Assembly: GCA_049520095.1 (NCBI GenBank)
Contig: JBEKQC010000017.1
Location: 2,701-66,700 of the forward strand
DNA: 64,000 nt
Origin: Terriglobales bacterium
GTDB taxonomy: Bacteria; Acidobacteriota; Terriglobia; Terriglobales; Acidobacteriaceae
Direction of reading: 5' to 3'
The stretch's first letter is position 1, and every line of letters starts with the position of its first letter. The position numbers were made by a program, and so were the translations under genes. This document shows, piece after piece, positions 18,873-27,745 of this stretch. The notes under the pieces were generated by a model, which was not told the origin of the DNA, made no database searches, and saw nothing but the letters and a program-made list of their open reading frames with translations.

Positions 18873-19556
18873 TCACTGGCACGGAATCGACGGGCAATCC
18901 GGACTTACCGGAGCTCCCGATCGTGTCCACACCCACGCCGTAGCCCCGCCCACGAGAGCCAATCCGCCGATAACCACCGGCGTCGAACTCATGAGCCCTC
19001 CCTTCGCCGCCGTTTCCGCTCCCTGGCCGTGCCGGTGCTTTTTTTTCTTTTTCTCCGTATCCGACGTGTCGTCGCGTGTCGTCTGCTGCCCTTGCGTCAC
19101 GGTGGTCGTTCCCTTGTCGTCTTGCACCGTCACATCGCCCTTGTTGGCCGCGATTTGCACCCGCCCATCCACATCGGTTACTTGAAACTCGGTCCACGAA
19201 TCGCTTGCTGGCTTCACCGTCACGTCGCCGGCGTGAGCCGCCAGCCCGCGAGATGTCGTCACCCTCACCGCACCATGCTCAAGCTCCACCGCCGGCCCCT
19301 GGAATTTCACCAGCGAGTCCGCGAGCACCATGACGTTTGATCCGTTCGATTGAATGCTAGCCGTTGAATCCGGCCGCGTCTGCAACAGGTCTCCCGCGAA
19401 TACGGCTGCCGATTTCGGCACCTCGCTCCCGTTCAACCAAGCCGCACCGTTCGTATACAACATGGCCGATGCCGTTTCTCCTGCCAGCATCATTTGCGCC
19501 GGAAACAGGATCGCAAGCAAGCAGCATAGAGCCGACCGAAACGCTGACTGTGACAT
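18873..19556 (-). CDS. hypothetical secreted protein with C-terminal TM segment
   Basis: Signal peptide MSQSAFRSALCCLLAILFPAQMMLAG, a beta-rich middle region, a KKKKKHRHG stretch, then VVIGGLALVGGATAWVW. Confidence 0.55.
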   Translation of the reverse strand: MSQSAFRSALCCLLAILFPAQMMLAGETASAMLYTNGAAWLNGSEVPKSAAVFAGDLLQTRPDSTASIQSNGSNVMVLADSLVKFQGPAVELEHGAVRVTTSRGLAAHAGDVTVKPASDSWTEFQVTDVDGRVQIAANKGDVTVQDDKGTTTVTQGQQTTRDDTSDTEKKKKKHRHGQGAETAAKGGLMSSTPVVIGGLALVGGATAWVWTRSGAPVSPDCPSIPCQ

Positions 19557-19655
19557 GGGTTCAAATCACTCCCGCATTTCTGGATTTTTGTTATGGTAAG
19601 CCTGTAAAGGGTTACAGGTCAATGCGATTATTCGTTTTCATGCACTCCGGAGTCA

Positions 19656-21182
19656 CTATTGGGTAGACGGGGACAACTCCCCCGTCAAGAGGGAAGCCAC
19701 TGGCCGCCCCACGAGCATCTCGCCATCCACACCGTCGACGCTCAAAGCCATCCAGCGGTTGGCCTCATGATGCCCGGAGATTCTCATCTTTAGGTAATTG
19801 TCCGTCAGCGCCTCGGTGAATTCCGCTCCGCCCGATTGCAGCGTGATCGCCTCGACGACCGTGCCCACCAGCGACCGCATAAACGCCGCTTTCTTCTTGG
19901 ATGCAATCTCGCGCAGCACGCGGTTCCGTTCCCGAGCCACCGCTATCGGAATCTGTCTCGGCTGCTCCGCCGCCGGCGTTCCCGGACGCGCCGAATATGT
20001 GAACACGTGCAAATAAGTGAACGGCAGCTCTTCGATCATGCGCCGCGTCTCGGCAAACTCCACCTCCGTCTCGCCCGGAAATCCCACCATCACATCGGCG
20101 CCGATCGCCGCAGTCGGCATCGCCGATCTAATCTTCAGGACTTTTTCGCGATAATGCCACGGCCGGTACTTGCGATGCATGCGCCGCAACACCGCATCGC
20201 TCCCCGACTGCATCGGCACGTGGGCATGTTTGGCGATCCGCCCGGATGCCGCTACCAGGTCGATCAGTTCATCACTCCAATCCATGGGCTCGACCGAACT
20301 GATCCGCAATTTCTGTAGGGATGTTCGATCGAGAATGGCGCGAACCAGGTCGACAAGTCGTTGGTCGTTGGTCGTTAGTCGTTCGCGGTGCGATTCGGGC
20401 GGCTCGCTTTTGGAAATCGCGGAAGTCGAAGGGTTTTGCTTGCCAACAACTAACGACTGACGACCAACGACCTCCAGGTCTCTTCCCCATCGTCCTAAAT
20501 TAATTCCTGAAATCACAACTTCGCGATAACCCGCCTCCACCAGCGTCCGCACTTCCGCTATTACGCGTTCCCTGGGCAGCGAACGGCTCTGCCCACGAAC
20601 ATACGGAATCACGCAGAACGAGCAGCGGTTGTCGCATCCGTCCTGCACCTTCAGATTGGGACGGGTCCGCTGGTTGGCGGCTTCAAATACGGGAGCCGCC
20701 AGCAGCTCGGTATGCGCAAAGATATCCCCTACAAACACATTGTTGGATTGATCGCCTGAAAGCCGATTTTTAGGAAGTTGTCCCAGAGAAAGTTGCCCCA
20801 GCGGCACGAAACCGGAACTCGAAGAGGAAGAACCAGCATGGGGAAAAGAAGAAGTCGCAATTTCCGCCGCCTGATGCTTGTGCGAATTACCGACGACCCA
20901 AGTCACCCCCGGCAGCGCTGCCAGCTCTTCCGGCGCGCGCTGCGCATAGCAGCCAGTAACCAGAATGCGGCAAACCGGATTCACCCGCTGCAGGCGCCGT
21001 ATGGATGCGCGCGCATCCTTGTCCGCGCCCTCGGTCACGGTGCAGGTATTCAGCACAACAATTTCGGCGTCCGAGGCCACCGCCGCATGTTCCAGTCCGC
21101 GGTCCAGAAATTGCCGTTCCATTGCCGCCCCGTCCGCTTGCGCAGCGCGGCAGCCAAAATTCTCTATGTAGAAGCGAGGCAC
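19656..21182 (-). CDS. mtaB: radical SAM methylthiotransferase of the MiaB/RimO/MtaB family (MtaB-like) carrying an in-frame repeat-derived insert
   Basis: UPF0004 N-domain FYIENFGCRAAQADG. Radical SAM motif CDNRCSFCVIPYVRG. TRAM-like C-terminus. GTG start preceded by GGAG. Confidence 0.8.
   Translation of the reverse strand: MPRFYIENFGCRAAQADGAAMERQFLDRGLEHAAVASDAEIVVLNTCTVTEGADKDARASIRRLQRVNPVCRILVTGCYAQRAPEELAALPGVTWVVGNSHKHQAAEIATSSFPHAGSSSSSSGFVPLGQLSLGQLPKNRLSGDQSNNVFVGDIFAHTELLAAPVFEAANQRTRPNLKVQDGCDNRCSFCVIPYVRGQSRSLPRERVIAEVRTLVEAGYREVVISGINLGRWGRDLEVVGRQSLVVGKQNPSTSAISKSEPPESHRERLTTNDQRLVDLVRAILDRTSLQKLRISSVEPMDWSDELIDLVAASGRIAKHAHVPMQSGSDAVLRRMHRKYRPWHYREKVLKIRSAMPTAAIGADVMVGFPGETEVEFAETRRMIEELPFTYLHVFTYSARPGTPAAEQPRQIPIAVARERNRVLREIASKKKAAFMRSLVGTVVEAITLQSGGAEFTEALTDNYLKMRISGHHEANRWMALSVDGVDGEMLVGRPVASLLTGELSPSTQ
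20357..20472. repeat. heptad-phased inverted repeat, type A (GTCGTTG units), intragenic copy
   Basis: The left arm is GTCGTTG GTCGTTG GTCGTTA GTCGTTC. The reverse complement of the right arm is GTCGTTG GTCGTCA GTCGTTA GTTGTTG. The spacer is about 58 nt. Confidence 0.8.
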
Positions 21183-21322
21183 GCTCCTATACTAAACGAG
21201 TGGAAGCTGCGACTGAAGCTCGGTGCGGTCCCACCTACGGACGCAACATGAAAATCCCTCTGAGCCGATTTCCGCGGTGGACCTGCATCTCGAACGCTTG
21301 TAAACGGTTGTAAGAGGTGCAC

Positions 21323-21796
21323 ATGAAGCGCCGCATTCTTCTCGTTGACGACGATCTCGCCGTCCTGCTGACCCTCAAAGCGGTTCTCGAACTCCATGGA
21401 TTTGAAGTGGAAACCGCCGGCAGTTCCGCCGAGGCCTTCGCCCGCCTGAAGTCCAGTGTTTATCAGTTAGTGATGAGCGACTTGCGCATGGAAACCGAAG
21501 AGGCCGGACTGGAAGTGATCCGCACCGCACGCCGCCGCCCTTACAATCCCGCGACCGCTCTGCTCACCGCTTATCCGCCCTCAGGGGAGCGAAGGCCCGA
21601 AGGGCTTCGGAGCGGAGACCATTGGGACGGCAACGATTGGACTGGAGAAAACTCGGACTCGTTGCTCATCAAACCGCTCGGCACCGGCGATCTTCTGCGT
21701 CAGGTGGAAGCCCTGCTCATCCGTCACGCCGACAAGCAACTCAAGCAGCCGAACGCCGCTTCCAAAGCGCAAGAAACCACGCGCCGCGTGGGATGA
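21323..21796 (+). CDS. single-domain response regulator (receiver domain)
   Basis: Contains RRILLVDDDLAVLLTLKAVLELHGFEV, LVMSDLRMETEEAG and LLIKPL. The ATG at 21323 is preferred over the GTG at 21317. Confidence 0.8.
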   Translation: MKRRILLVDDDLAVLLTLKAVLELHGFEVETAGSSAEAFARLKSSVYQLVMSDLRMETEEAGLEVIRTARRRPYNPATALLTAYPPSGERRPEGLRSGDHWDGNDWTGENSDSLLIKPLGTGDLLRQVEALLIRHADKQLKQPNAASKAQETTRRVG

Positions 21797-21907
21797 GCAT
21801 CCCGCCAGTCCCGCTTTCCCTCAACGGTCGTTACCTAGACGTTCTTCCCTAGGACGTTCGTTTCGCGGACAGTCTTTCCTTGGACGATCATGACGATCAT
21901 AGGACAA

Positions 21908-22228
21908 TCAGGCGCTCGCGACCTGCCGCCCGTGCTGATAGCACTCGCGGCACAGAACCGGACGTCCCTGCGTCGGACGGAACGGCACCGTGGTTTCTTT
22001 CCCGCACTGCGAGCAGTTCGTCCGAGTTTCTGTCTTCGCGTGTGGTTGCCCGCGCGACGGTGCGTGCGACGTGGTGCTAACCACGGCCACTCGCTTGCCC
22101 TTGCAGTTCTTGCAGCGTTTGGGTTCGTTCTTGAACTGTTTGTCGTGGAAAAACAGCTGTTCACCCGCTGTGAACACGAAATCCGTGCCACAATCGATGC
22201 ACTTTAATACCTTGTCCTGGTATTCCAT
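21908..22228 (-). CDS. double zinc-ribbon protein (CxxC..CxxC twice)
   Basis: Reads MEYQDKVLKCIDCGTDFVFTAGEQLFFHDKQFKNEPKRCKNCK, then CSQCGKETTVPFRPTQGRPVLCRECY. The internal ATG is preferred over the track start at 22297. Confidence 0.7.
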   Translation of the reverse strand: MEYQDKVLKCIDCGTDFVFTAGEQLFFHDKQFKNEPKRCKNCKGKRVAVVSTTSHAPSRGQPHAKTETRTNCSQCGKETTVPFRPTQGRPVLCRECYQHGRQVASA

Positions 22229-22463
22229 TGAAGAGGCGCTCCCATTCCGCGTCCCTGCTCTGCACGGGAGACCCGAATGGGGAAGGATCCGGTTCACATC
22301 GTGGGCAGGAGATTTACATCCCCCTCATGCGTACCCCTGGATTCGGCCCGCCATGCGGTGTGCCCCGCATGGTTACAGCTTTGCTGATCAAAACAACAAC
22401 TACCGGGGAAGATCGGAAGTCCGTAATACGCGGCTTGCCGCGTCTCCAACGCACAGTTGCGAG

Positions 22464-22497
22464 AAACGGGCCGCCCGTCAGCGGACGGCCCGTTTTT
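22464..22497 (-). terminator. intrinsic terminator-like hairpin downstream of rpsU
   Basis: The minus strand reads AAACGGGCCGUCCGCUGACGGGCGGCCCGUUUCUC, a long GC stem followed by a short U-rich tail. It starts 3 nt after the rpsU stop. Confidence 0.55.
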
Positions 22498-22499
22498 CT

Positions 22500-22697
22500 T
22501 TAGTCCTGTTCCTTGCGTGCTTTCTTGCGACTGCGTTTGCGAGCCAGCGCTTCTTTGACTCGCTTCCTCTCGCCGGGCTTCAGGTAAAACGAGTGACGCT
22601 TTACTTCCTTGATGATGTCCTCGGTTTGTACCTTGCGCTTAAACCGTCGCAGCGCGTTTTCGAGGGATTCACCCTCTTGAAGTCGAACTTCCGCCAA
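22500..22697 (-). CDS. rpsU: 30S ribosomal protein S21
   Basis: The sequence MAEVRLQEGESLENALRRFKRKVQTEDIIKEVKRHSFYLKPGERKR is the canonical S21 pattern. Confidence 0.95.
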   Translation of the reverse strand: MAEVRLQEGESLENALRRFKRKVQTEDIIKEVKRHSFYLKPGERKRVKEALARKRSRKKARKEQD

Positions 22698-22794
22698 CGG
22701 ACTACACCCCCCCGCTCGTCCTAAGTGGACCCGTTAGTTATGGCAAGCAACGTACCTCTAAGTCAAGTGGAATGTGCAGAAATCTTCACTCCAC

Positions 22795-25700
22795 TCAAAA
22801 ATTCAATCGCATCGACAACTGCATTTGTCGCGGAGCAAACGAGCTCGTCGGTTTCAGTAAACTTGTAGGTTGCTGATAATAGGCTGGATAGTACGTTCCT
22901 CCCACCGATTGAGTGTACTTAATGAACTGGCCTGCCGTACTCTGGAAGCCATTGTCGGTTATTACCAGCCTCTCGTTATTGCGATTGAACAAATTGAACG
23001 AATCCCCGCTCAACTCCAGATGAAATCGTCCGCCCAGATTCATCATCCTTCCCATCTTCAGATCCATGCTCGCGTAATCCGGACCGGTAAATGAATTGCG
23101 CCCATAACCCGGCAAGCGGTCATTGCTTGTGTTCCCATCCTGATTCGGATCGCCCGACACAGTCGCGGTCGCTGGCCGCCCGCTACCATACGTCATGATC
23201 CCCGAGACCTTCCAGTGATCGAACATTGTCGCCAGAACTTTTTGTCCCGCCGCAAACGGATTCGCCTCCTCGATCGCTGAAATCGTCAGTCGTTGCGGCT
23301 GGTCCGTATCGCTCCGTCCCCGCTCGCTCTTCGTTGCGTACGAGTTCTGCACCGTTACCGGCTGTCCCGCCACCAGCGCGTCCTGCCCGTCGTCGATCGC
23401 GTGTGCCCAGGTGTACGCCAGGTTGAAATACATCCCCCCCGACATCCGTTTGCGCAGTGAAACCGTCATGCCGTTGTATACGCTCGAGGACGCACTCTCA
23501 AACTGGTCGATGGCCCCCAGTTGCGATATCGGGCGGCTCAATGTGTTGATGCAAGGCGGATACGGACAACTGATGCTGTAACTCGTCTGCCACGTGGCAA
23601 ACGAATCGACGTTATAAAACGCATTTTGAAAAGTGCCGCCGGACGGGTCGAAGATCGGATAGCTGTAATAAGTTGGCGGCGGCAGATTCACATCTCGCGC
23701 CCGGATCATATCCACCCCATGCACAAACAGATAAGATATTGTCCCCATGAAACCGCCCCCCAGTTCCCGCTCCAGACTTAGACTCGCCTGCTGCACTCGG
23801 GGCGTCTTGAAGTCCGACGCAAATGCCGACGCCTCGCTGGTCGCATACTGCTGCCACGCAGCCGGCATCGTGCAGGAGACCGGACCCCGCGGACAATTCA
23901 CCGCCGCATTCGGATACGTCGGAAACACCTGTCCCTGGTAGTAATTCGTATTGTCGAGAGAAATGAAGTTATCGCTCAGCCCATTCTCGTTGATCACCGC
24001 CGATTGATAAATCTGCGGAATACGAGTATAGAAAATTCCAAATCCCGCCCGCACCATCACCGGCCGAGCGTCGCCGAACGAGTACCCAATTCCCACGCGC
24101 GGCGCAAAATTTTTCCCGTTCAGCGGCATCTTCCCCACCTGTGCCCATAGCGGATTGCTCACCATCCCCTTTTTCGAAAACGTCTGCAGATCGTAGCGCG
24201 CTCCCATGCTCAAGCTGAGATGCGGTGTCAGCCGCGCCGTGTCCTGCACGAACCCCGCGTAGTCGTTGCTGTTCGGATGCGACACCGGATTCCCGAAATT
24301 TTGCTCGTAATATCGCGGCACATTGTGCGCCCACGCCCGCAGCGGCGTTAACTGCAACCCCTCCTCCATCGGCGCAAACGTAAACGGATTCACCGAAATA
24401 TTGTCGTAGAAATACTCTCCGCCGTAGAGCGAAGGAAAATAGTCGTAGTCCCAGGTCGCCATTCCGTCGGCCCCTAACTTAAACTGGTTTCGCCCGCGGC
24501 TCCAACTCAAAGTCTCCCCCAGATGCAAACGGTGTTCCCGGGTTTGCCGCGGCAAGGTCGACGATTGCCCAAAATCCTGGATCCAATCGTAGATATCGGT
24601 CCGCGTCCCCGTGGTGTTGGGAAACGACTGTTCCAGATCGCGCGAAAACTGCACCCGTAGATGGCTTGTGAGCCGCGGCGAAATACCGCTTAGCAAAGTG
24701 AGCGACACGCTTTCCGTAGCTACTTCCTCTTCCCCATTCGCGCTGATCGAATCAAAGGTGATCGGGCTCCCCGGATCGAAATTGACGTTGTTCGCCCCGT
24801 AAGACCGGGATGCGCTCAGCCGCGCTGAAAGAAACTGATGTGCGCCTAGCACCCGGTCCAGCTTCAGAAATCCAGTCTGCCCCAGTAACTTCGCATGAAA
24901 AATCCCGCCCAGGGTCGAAAGCTGGGCCGCCGACGCCAACACCAGCGCCTCATCGCAAGCGATCCCGCCAATGGCGGGATTGCAGATCTCGTAATCCCCT
25001 GGAGTCGGGTAGACGCCCACCTGCGGCACCACCACGGTCGAGCCGTCGTAGAACTGCACCACCGCCGGCACATTAAAAATGTGCTGATCGTATCCCGCCA
25101 AGAAGAACGTCTTGCTGCGCTGGATCGGCCCTCCGATCGTCGCGCCAAACTGGTGCTGCTCATTGCTGGGATTGAAACCAACAAATGCCGGCGCCGCTCC
25201 CCCAAGCTCACTGTCACGCAAATGATAGAAAGCGCTCCCGTGCCAATGGTTCGTGCCCGACTTGGTCACTACATTCACCACCGCGCCCCCAGCTCGCCCC
25301 GACTCCGCTCCATAACCGCTCGACTGCACGCGGAACTCCTGTATCACCTCGTCGGAAAATTGGTAAGGCGCGCGGTACCGTCCCGACGCCTGCGCAAAGA
25401 AGCCGTTATTGTTGTCCCCTCCATCCACCAGGAAGCTTGTGTTGTATCCCCGAATCCCGCCATAAGAGAGATCCCCGTTCGATCCCGAAGTCAGCCCTCG
25501 CGGATCCTGCGTCACCCCCGGCGACAGCAACAACAGATCCGTGAACCGGCGCCCGTTGAGCGGCAGATCTTTGATTGCCCGCTCATCTACCAGCGCCGAT
25601 ATTGAACTCGGATCCGTATCCGCTTCATGCGGAGCGTCCGACACCGTGATCGTTTCCTTCGGCCCGGCCACCTTCAATCTGAAAGTCAACTCCGACGCCA

Positions 25701-26133
25701 GTCCCACGTCCACACGAATCGGCGGCGAAATCTGCGGCGACATCCCTTCCGCCTCCGCCCGCGCCGAATACTGCCCCGGCGGCAACAGGTCCACCACGAA
25801 TCGTCCCGCCGAATCGGTGGCCGAGTAGTAACGGATTCCGGTCTCGACGCGAATCGCTACGATGTCCGCGTTGGTAATCACCGCTCCCTGCGCGTCCAAT
25901 ACCACTCCCCGCAACGCGCCCGTGGACGCGTCCTGACCCCAAACTTCGCAACCAATAAAAATAAAGATGAGTTGAAAGAGAAATATGCGGAAGACAACTA
26001 CCCGAGAAACATCGCGAATCGTGGCCAGAAACGGAGCGCCGCAGCGGCACATAACAATCCCCTCGTATCCAAGACTTCGGAATCGGAGGGGATTCCAGAG
26101 GCCTACCCATCCATATACCACCGTGCATCTCAC
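22795..26133 (-). CDS. TonB-dependent outer-membrane receptor with N-terminal carboxypeptidase-regulatory-like domain
   Basis: GALRGVVLDAQGAVITNADIV..DSAGRFVVDLLPPGQYS indicates a CarboxypepD_reg domain. A plug region, a long beta-rich barrel and a C-terminal ...SMRLNF ending in Phe follow. The start may be the internal ATG near 26052. Confidence 0.85.
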   Translation of the reverse strand: MRCTVVYGWVGLWNPLRFRSLGYEGIVMCRCGAPFLATIRDVSRVVVFRIFLFQLIFIFIGCEVWGQDASTGALRGVVLDAQGAVITNADIVAIRVETGIRYYSATDSAGRFVVDLLPPGQYSARAEAEGMSPQISPPIRVDVGLASELTFRLKVAGPKETITVSDAPHEADTDPSSISALVDERAIKDLPLNGRRFTDLLLLSPGVTQDPRGLTSGSNGDLSYGGIRGYNTSFLVDGGDNNNGFFAQASGRYRAPYQFSDEVIQEFRVQSSGYGAESGRAGGAVVNVVTKSGTNHWHGSAFYHLRDSELGGAAPAFVGFNPSNEQHQFGATIGGPIQRSKTFFLAGYDQHIFNVPAVVQFYDGSTVVVPQVGVYPTPGDYEICNPAIGGIACDEALVLASAAQLSTLGGIFHAKLLGQTGFLKLDRVLGAHQFLSARLSASRSYGANNVNFDPGSPITFDSISANGEEEVATESVSLTLLSGISPRLTSHLRVQFSRDLEQSFPNTTGTRTDIYDWIQDFGQSSTLPRQTREHRLHLGETLSWSRGRNQFKLGADGMATWDYDYFPSLYGGEYFYDNISVNPFTFAPMEEGLQLTPLRAWAHNVPRYYEQNFGNPVSHPNSNDYAGFVQDTARLTPHLSLSMGARYDLQTFSKKGMVSNPLWAQVGKMPLNGKNFAPRVGIGYSFGDARPVMVRAGFGIFYTRIPQIYQSAVINENGLSDNFISLDNTNYYQGQVFPTYPNAAVNCPRGPVSCTMPAAWQQYATSEASAFASDFKTPRVQQASLSLERELGGGFMGTISYLFVHGVDMIRARDVNLPPPTYYSYPIFDPSGGTFQNAFYNVDSFATWQTSYSISCPYPPCINTLSRPISQLGAIDQFESASSSVYNGMTVSLRKRMSGGMYFNLAYTWAHAIDDGQDALVAGQPVTVQNSYATKSERGRSDTDQPQRLTISAIEEANPFAAGQKVLATMFDHWKVSGIMTYGSGRPATATVSGDPNQDGNTSNDRLPGYGRNSFTGPDYASMDLKMGRMMNLGGRFHLELSGDSFNLFNRNNERLVITDNGFQSTAGQFIKYTQSVGGTYYPAYYQQPTSLLKPTSSFAPRQMQLSMRLNF

Positions 26134-26178
26134 CCAACGTGTGACGCACGTACCTGCAATATGTTCGGTTTCGTATCA

Positions 26179-26291
26179 GTCGTTGGTCGTTGGTCGATGG
26201 TCGTTGGCGGGCAAAAGTCTTTCAACCCGTCATTCCCTCTAGCGAGAACCTAAGTTGAACCGCGAACGACTAACGACAATCGACCAACGAC
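26179..26291. repeat. heptad-phased inverted repeat, type A, intergenic full copy
   Basis: The left arm is GTCGTTG GTCGTTG GTCGATG GTCGTTG. The reverse complement of the right arm is GTCGTTG GTCGATT GTCGTTA GTCGTTC. The spacer is about 55 nt and is unrelated to the spacer of the mtaB copy. Confidence 0.8.
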
Positions 26292-26303
26292 TGCACCACC
26301 CGC

Positions 26304-26909
26304 TCAATGCGCCGGAGCGGCCGCCGGAGCCGCTGGCTTCGCGCCAAAGTCCACCTTCGGCACCACGCGCGAAGCTTCAGTAGCCTGGAAGTAAGCTGCG
26401 TTCTGCTTGTAGCCGGCAAAACCCGCATACAAATTGTTCGGGAACTGCAGCACGTAAGTGTTGTAATCCTGCAGCGTGTCGTTATAGCGCTTGCGCTCGA
26501 CGGCGATTCGGTTCTCCGTCCCAGCCAGTTCGTCCTGCAAGCGCAGGAAATTTTCATTCGACTTCAGCTGCGGATAATTCTCCACAATCAACAACAGCCG
26601 GCCGATCGCGCCATCCAATTGTCCGTTTGCGGCAATCTTATCGGACGGAGTCTGCGCCGAAAGCAACGCCGACCGCGCCTTGGCGATGTCCCCAAACACG
26701 GTCACTTCCTGCTGCGCATATCCCTTCACCGTCTCCACCAGGTTCGGAATCAAATCGGCGCGGCGTTGCAGCACAATGTCCACCTGCGACCACGCCGCCT
26801 TCACCGCCTGATCTTTCGCCACCAGCTGATTGCGTACGCCCACGTACTGTCCAAACAGCGCCAGCACGATCACCACCAACACCACCAGTACAATCAAGCC
26901 CTTGCTCAT
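26304..26909 (-). CDS. LemA family protein
   Basis: N-terminal TM segment followed by NQLVAKDQAVKAAWSQVDIVLQRRADLIPNLVETVKGYAQQE and ENYPQLKSNENFLRLQDELAGTENRIAVERKRYN. Confidence 0.9.
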   Translation of the reverse strand: MSKGLIVLVVLVVIVLALFGQYVGVRNQLVAKDQAVKAAWSQVDIVLQRRADLIPNLVETVKGYAQQEVTVFGDIAKARSALLSAQTPSDKIAANGQLDGAIGRLLLIVENYPQLKSNENFLRLQDELAGTENRIAVERKRYNDTLQDYNTYVLQFPNNLYAGFAGYKQNAAYFQATEASRVVPKVDFGAKPAAPAAAPAH

Positions 26910-27007
26910 ATCATTCTCCTGAATAGAAAACTTTTCTTGCTGGTAGAGAGCCAGGCGTCCCCGCCCGACCGCAACCGCGTTGACTGGCGAGACACCCGTC
27001 GCTCCAC

Positions 27008-27730
27008 CTACGCCGCCGGATCCAGCATCTCGTCCACCGCCGCTGTCACCTGTTCCACCAACTTCAAATAGCGCGCAAATATCTCATCCACGTTTGCCGA
27101 CTTTCGATCTTTCTTCCGTTCCCGAATATCCAGCAACTCGCCGAAAACGCTGGTATCGATTCCCAACTTGCCCGCCAGCGCAGCCGCCACTTCCCGCTTC
27201 GACCCCGCTCCCGCATCACCCAGCGCAATCAGCGTATGACGGAACAGCGTCCCAAACGCCGGCAGCGACCGCAACAAGAGTTCCCACTTCGCGTCAGCGT
27301 TCGCCGACACGAGCAACCGCTGCCGCAGCAGGATCGTCTTCTCTCGCAGCTCATACTCCACCTGCGCCCGGTGTAAGCGCATCGGAATCTCCAGCGTCTT
27401 CAAAACGTCTTCTCCCCAGAGCACGCGATAGTGCCGCCGCATGTCCAGAAATTCAATGGAGAAAACGTCCGCCGATCGCCGCATCTCCTCCGCACTCATA
27501 AGCAGCGGCTCCCGATGCTTCTGCTTGCCCCACCATTCCACCGCCGGAGCCAACGCCGCAATCGCAGCAAAAGAAGTCTCGCTAAGCACGCACAGCAGAT
27601 TCACGTCCGAATGGTCGGCAACATAATCTCCCGCGGCTGCCGACCCATAGAGGATTACCGCCAGCAGATTCTTCCCCGCCCCGCCGCGTATCCGTTCGAC
27701 AAACTCGTTAATCAGTTTCTCCGGAACCAT
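27008..27730 (-). CDS. nucleotidyltransferase-domain protein (pol-beta superfamily), possibly degenerate active site
   Basis: LLAVILYGSAAAGDYVADHSDVNLLCV fits the hG[GS]-x(9-13)-DhDh motif, except that the second acidic residue is Asn (DVN). Confidence 0.6.
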   Translation of the reverse strand: MVPEKLINEFVERIRGGAGKNLLAVILYGSAAAGDYVADHSDVNLLCVLSETSFAAIAALAPAVEWWGKQKHREPLLMSAEEMRRSADVFSIEFLDMRRHYRVLWGEDVLKTLEIPMRLHRAQVEYELREKTILLRQRLLVSANADAKWELLLRSLPAFGTLFRHTLIALGDAGAGSKREVAAALAGKLGIDTSVFGELLDIRERKKDRKSANVDEIFARYLKLVEQVTAAVDEMLDPAA

Positions 27731-27745
27731 CGTGACTCTCGCTTT

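Noticed and set aside
20357-20385. Considered whether the tandem heptamer arrays are CRISPR-like or VNTR loci
   Set aside because: The units are 7 nt with no spacers, each arm has only 4-5 units, and the arms occur as inverted pairs. They are not CRISPR arrays, and no cas genes are present.
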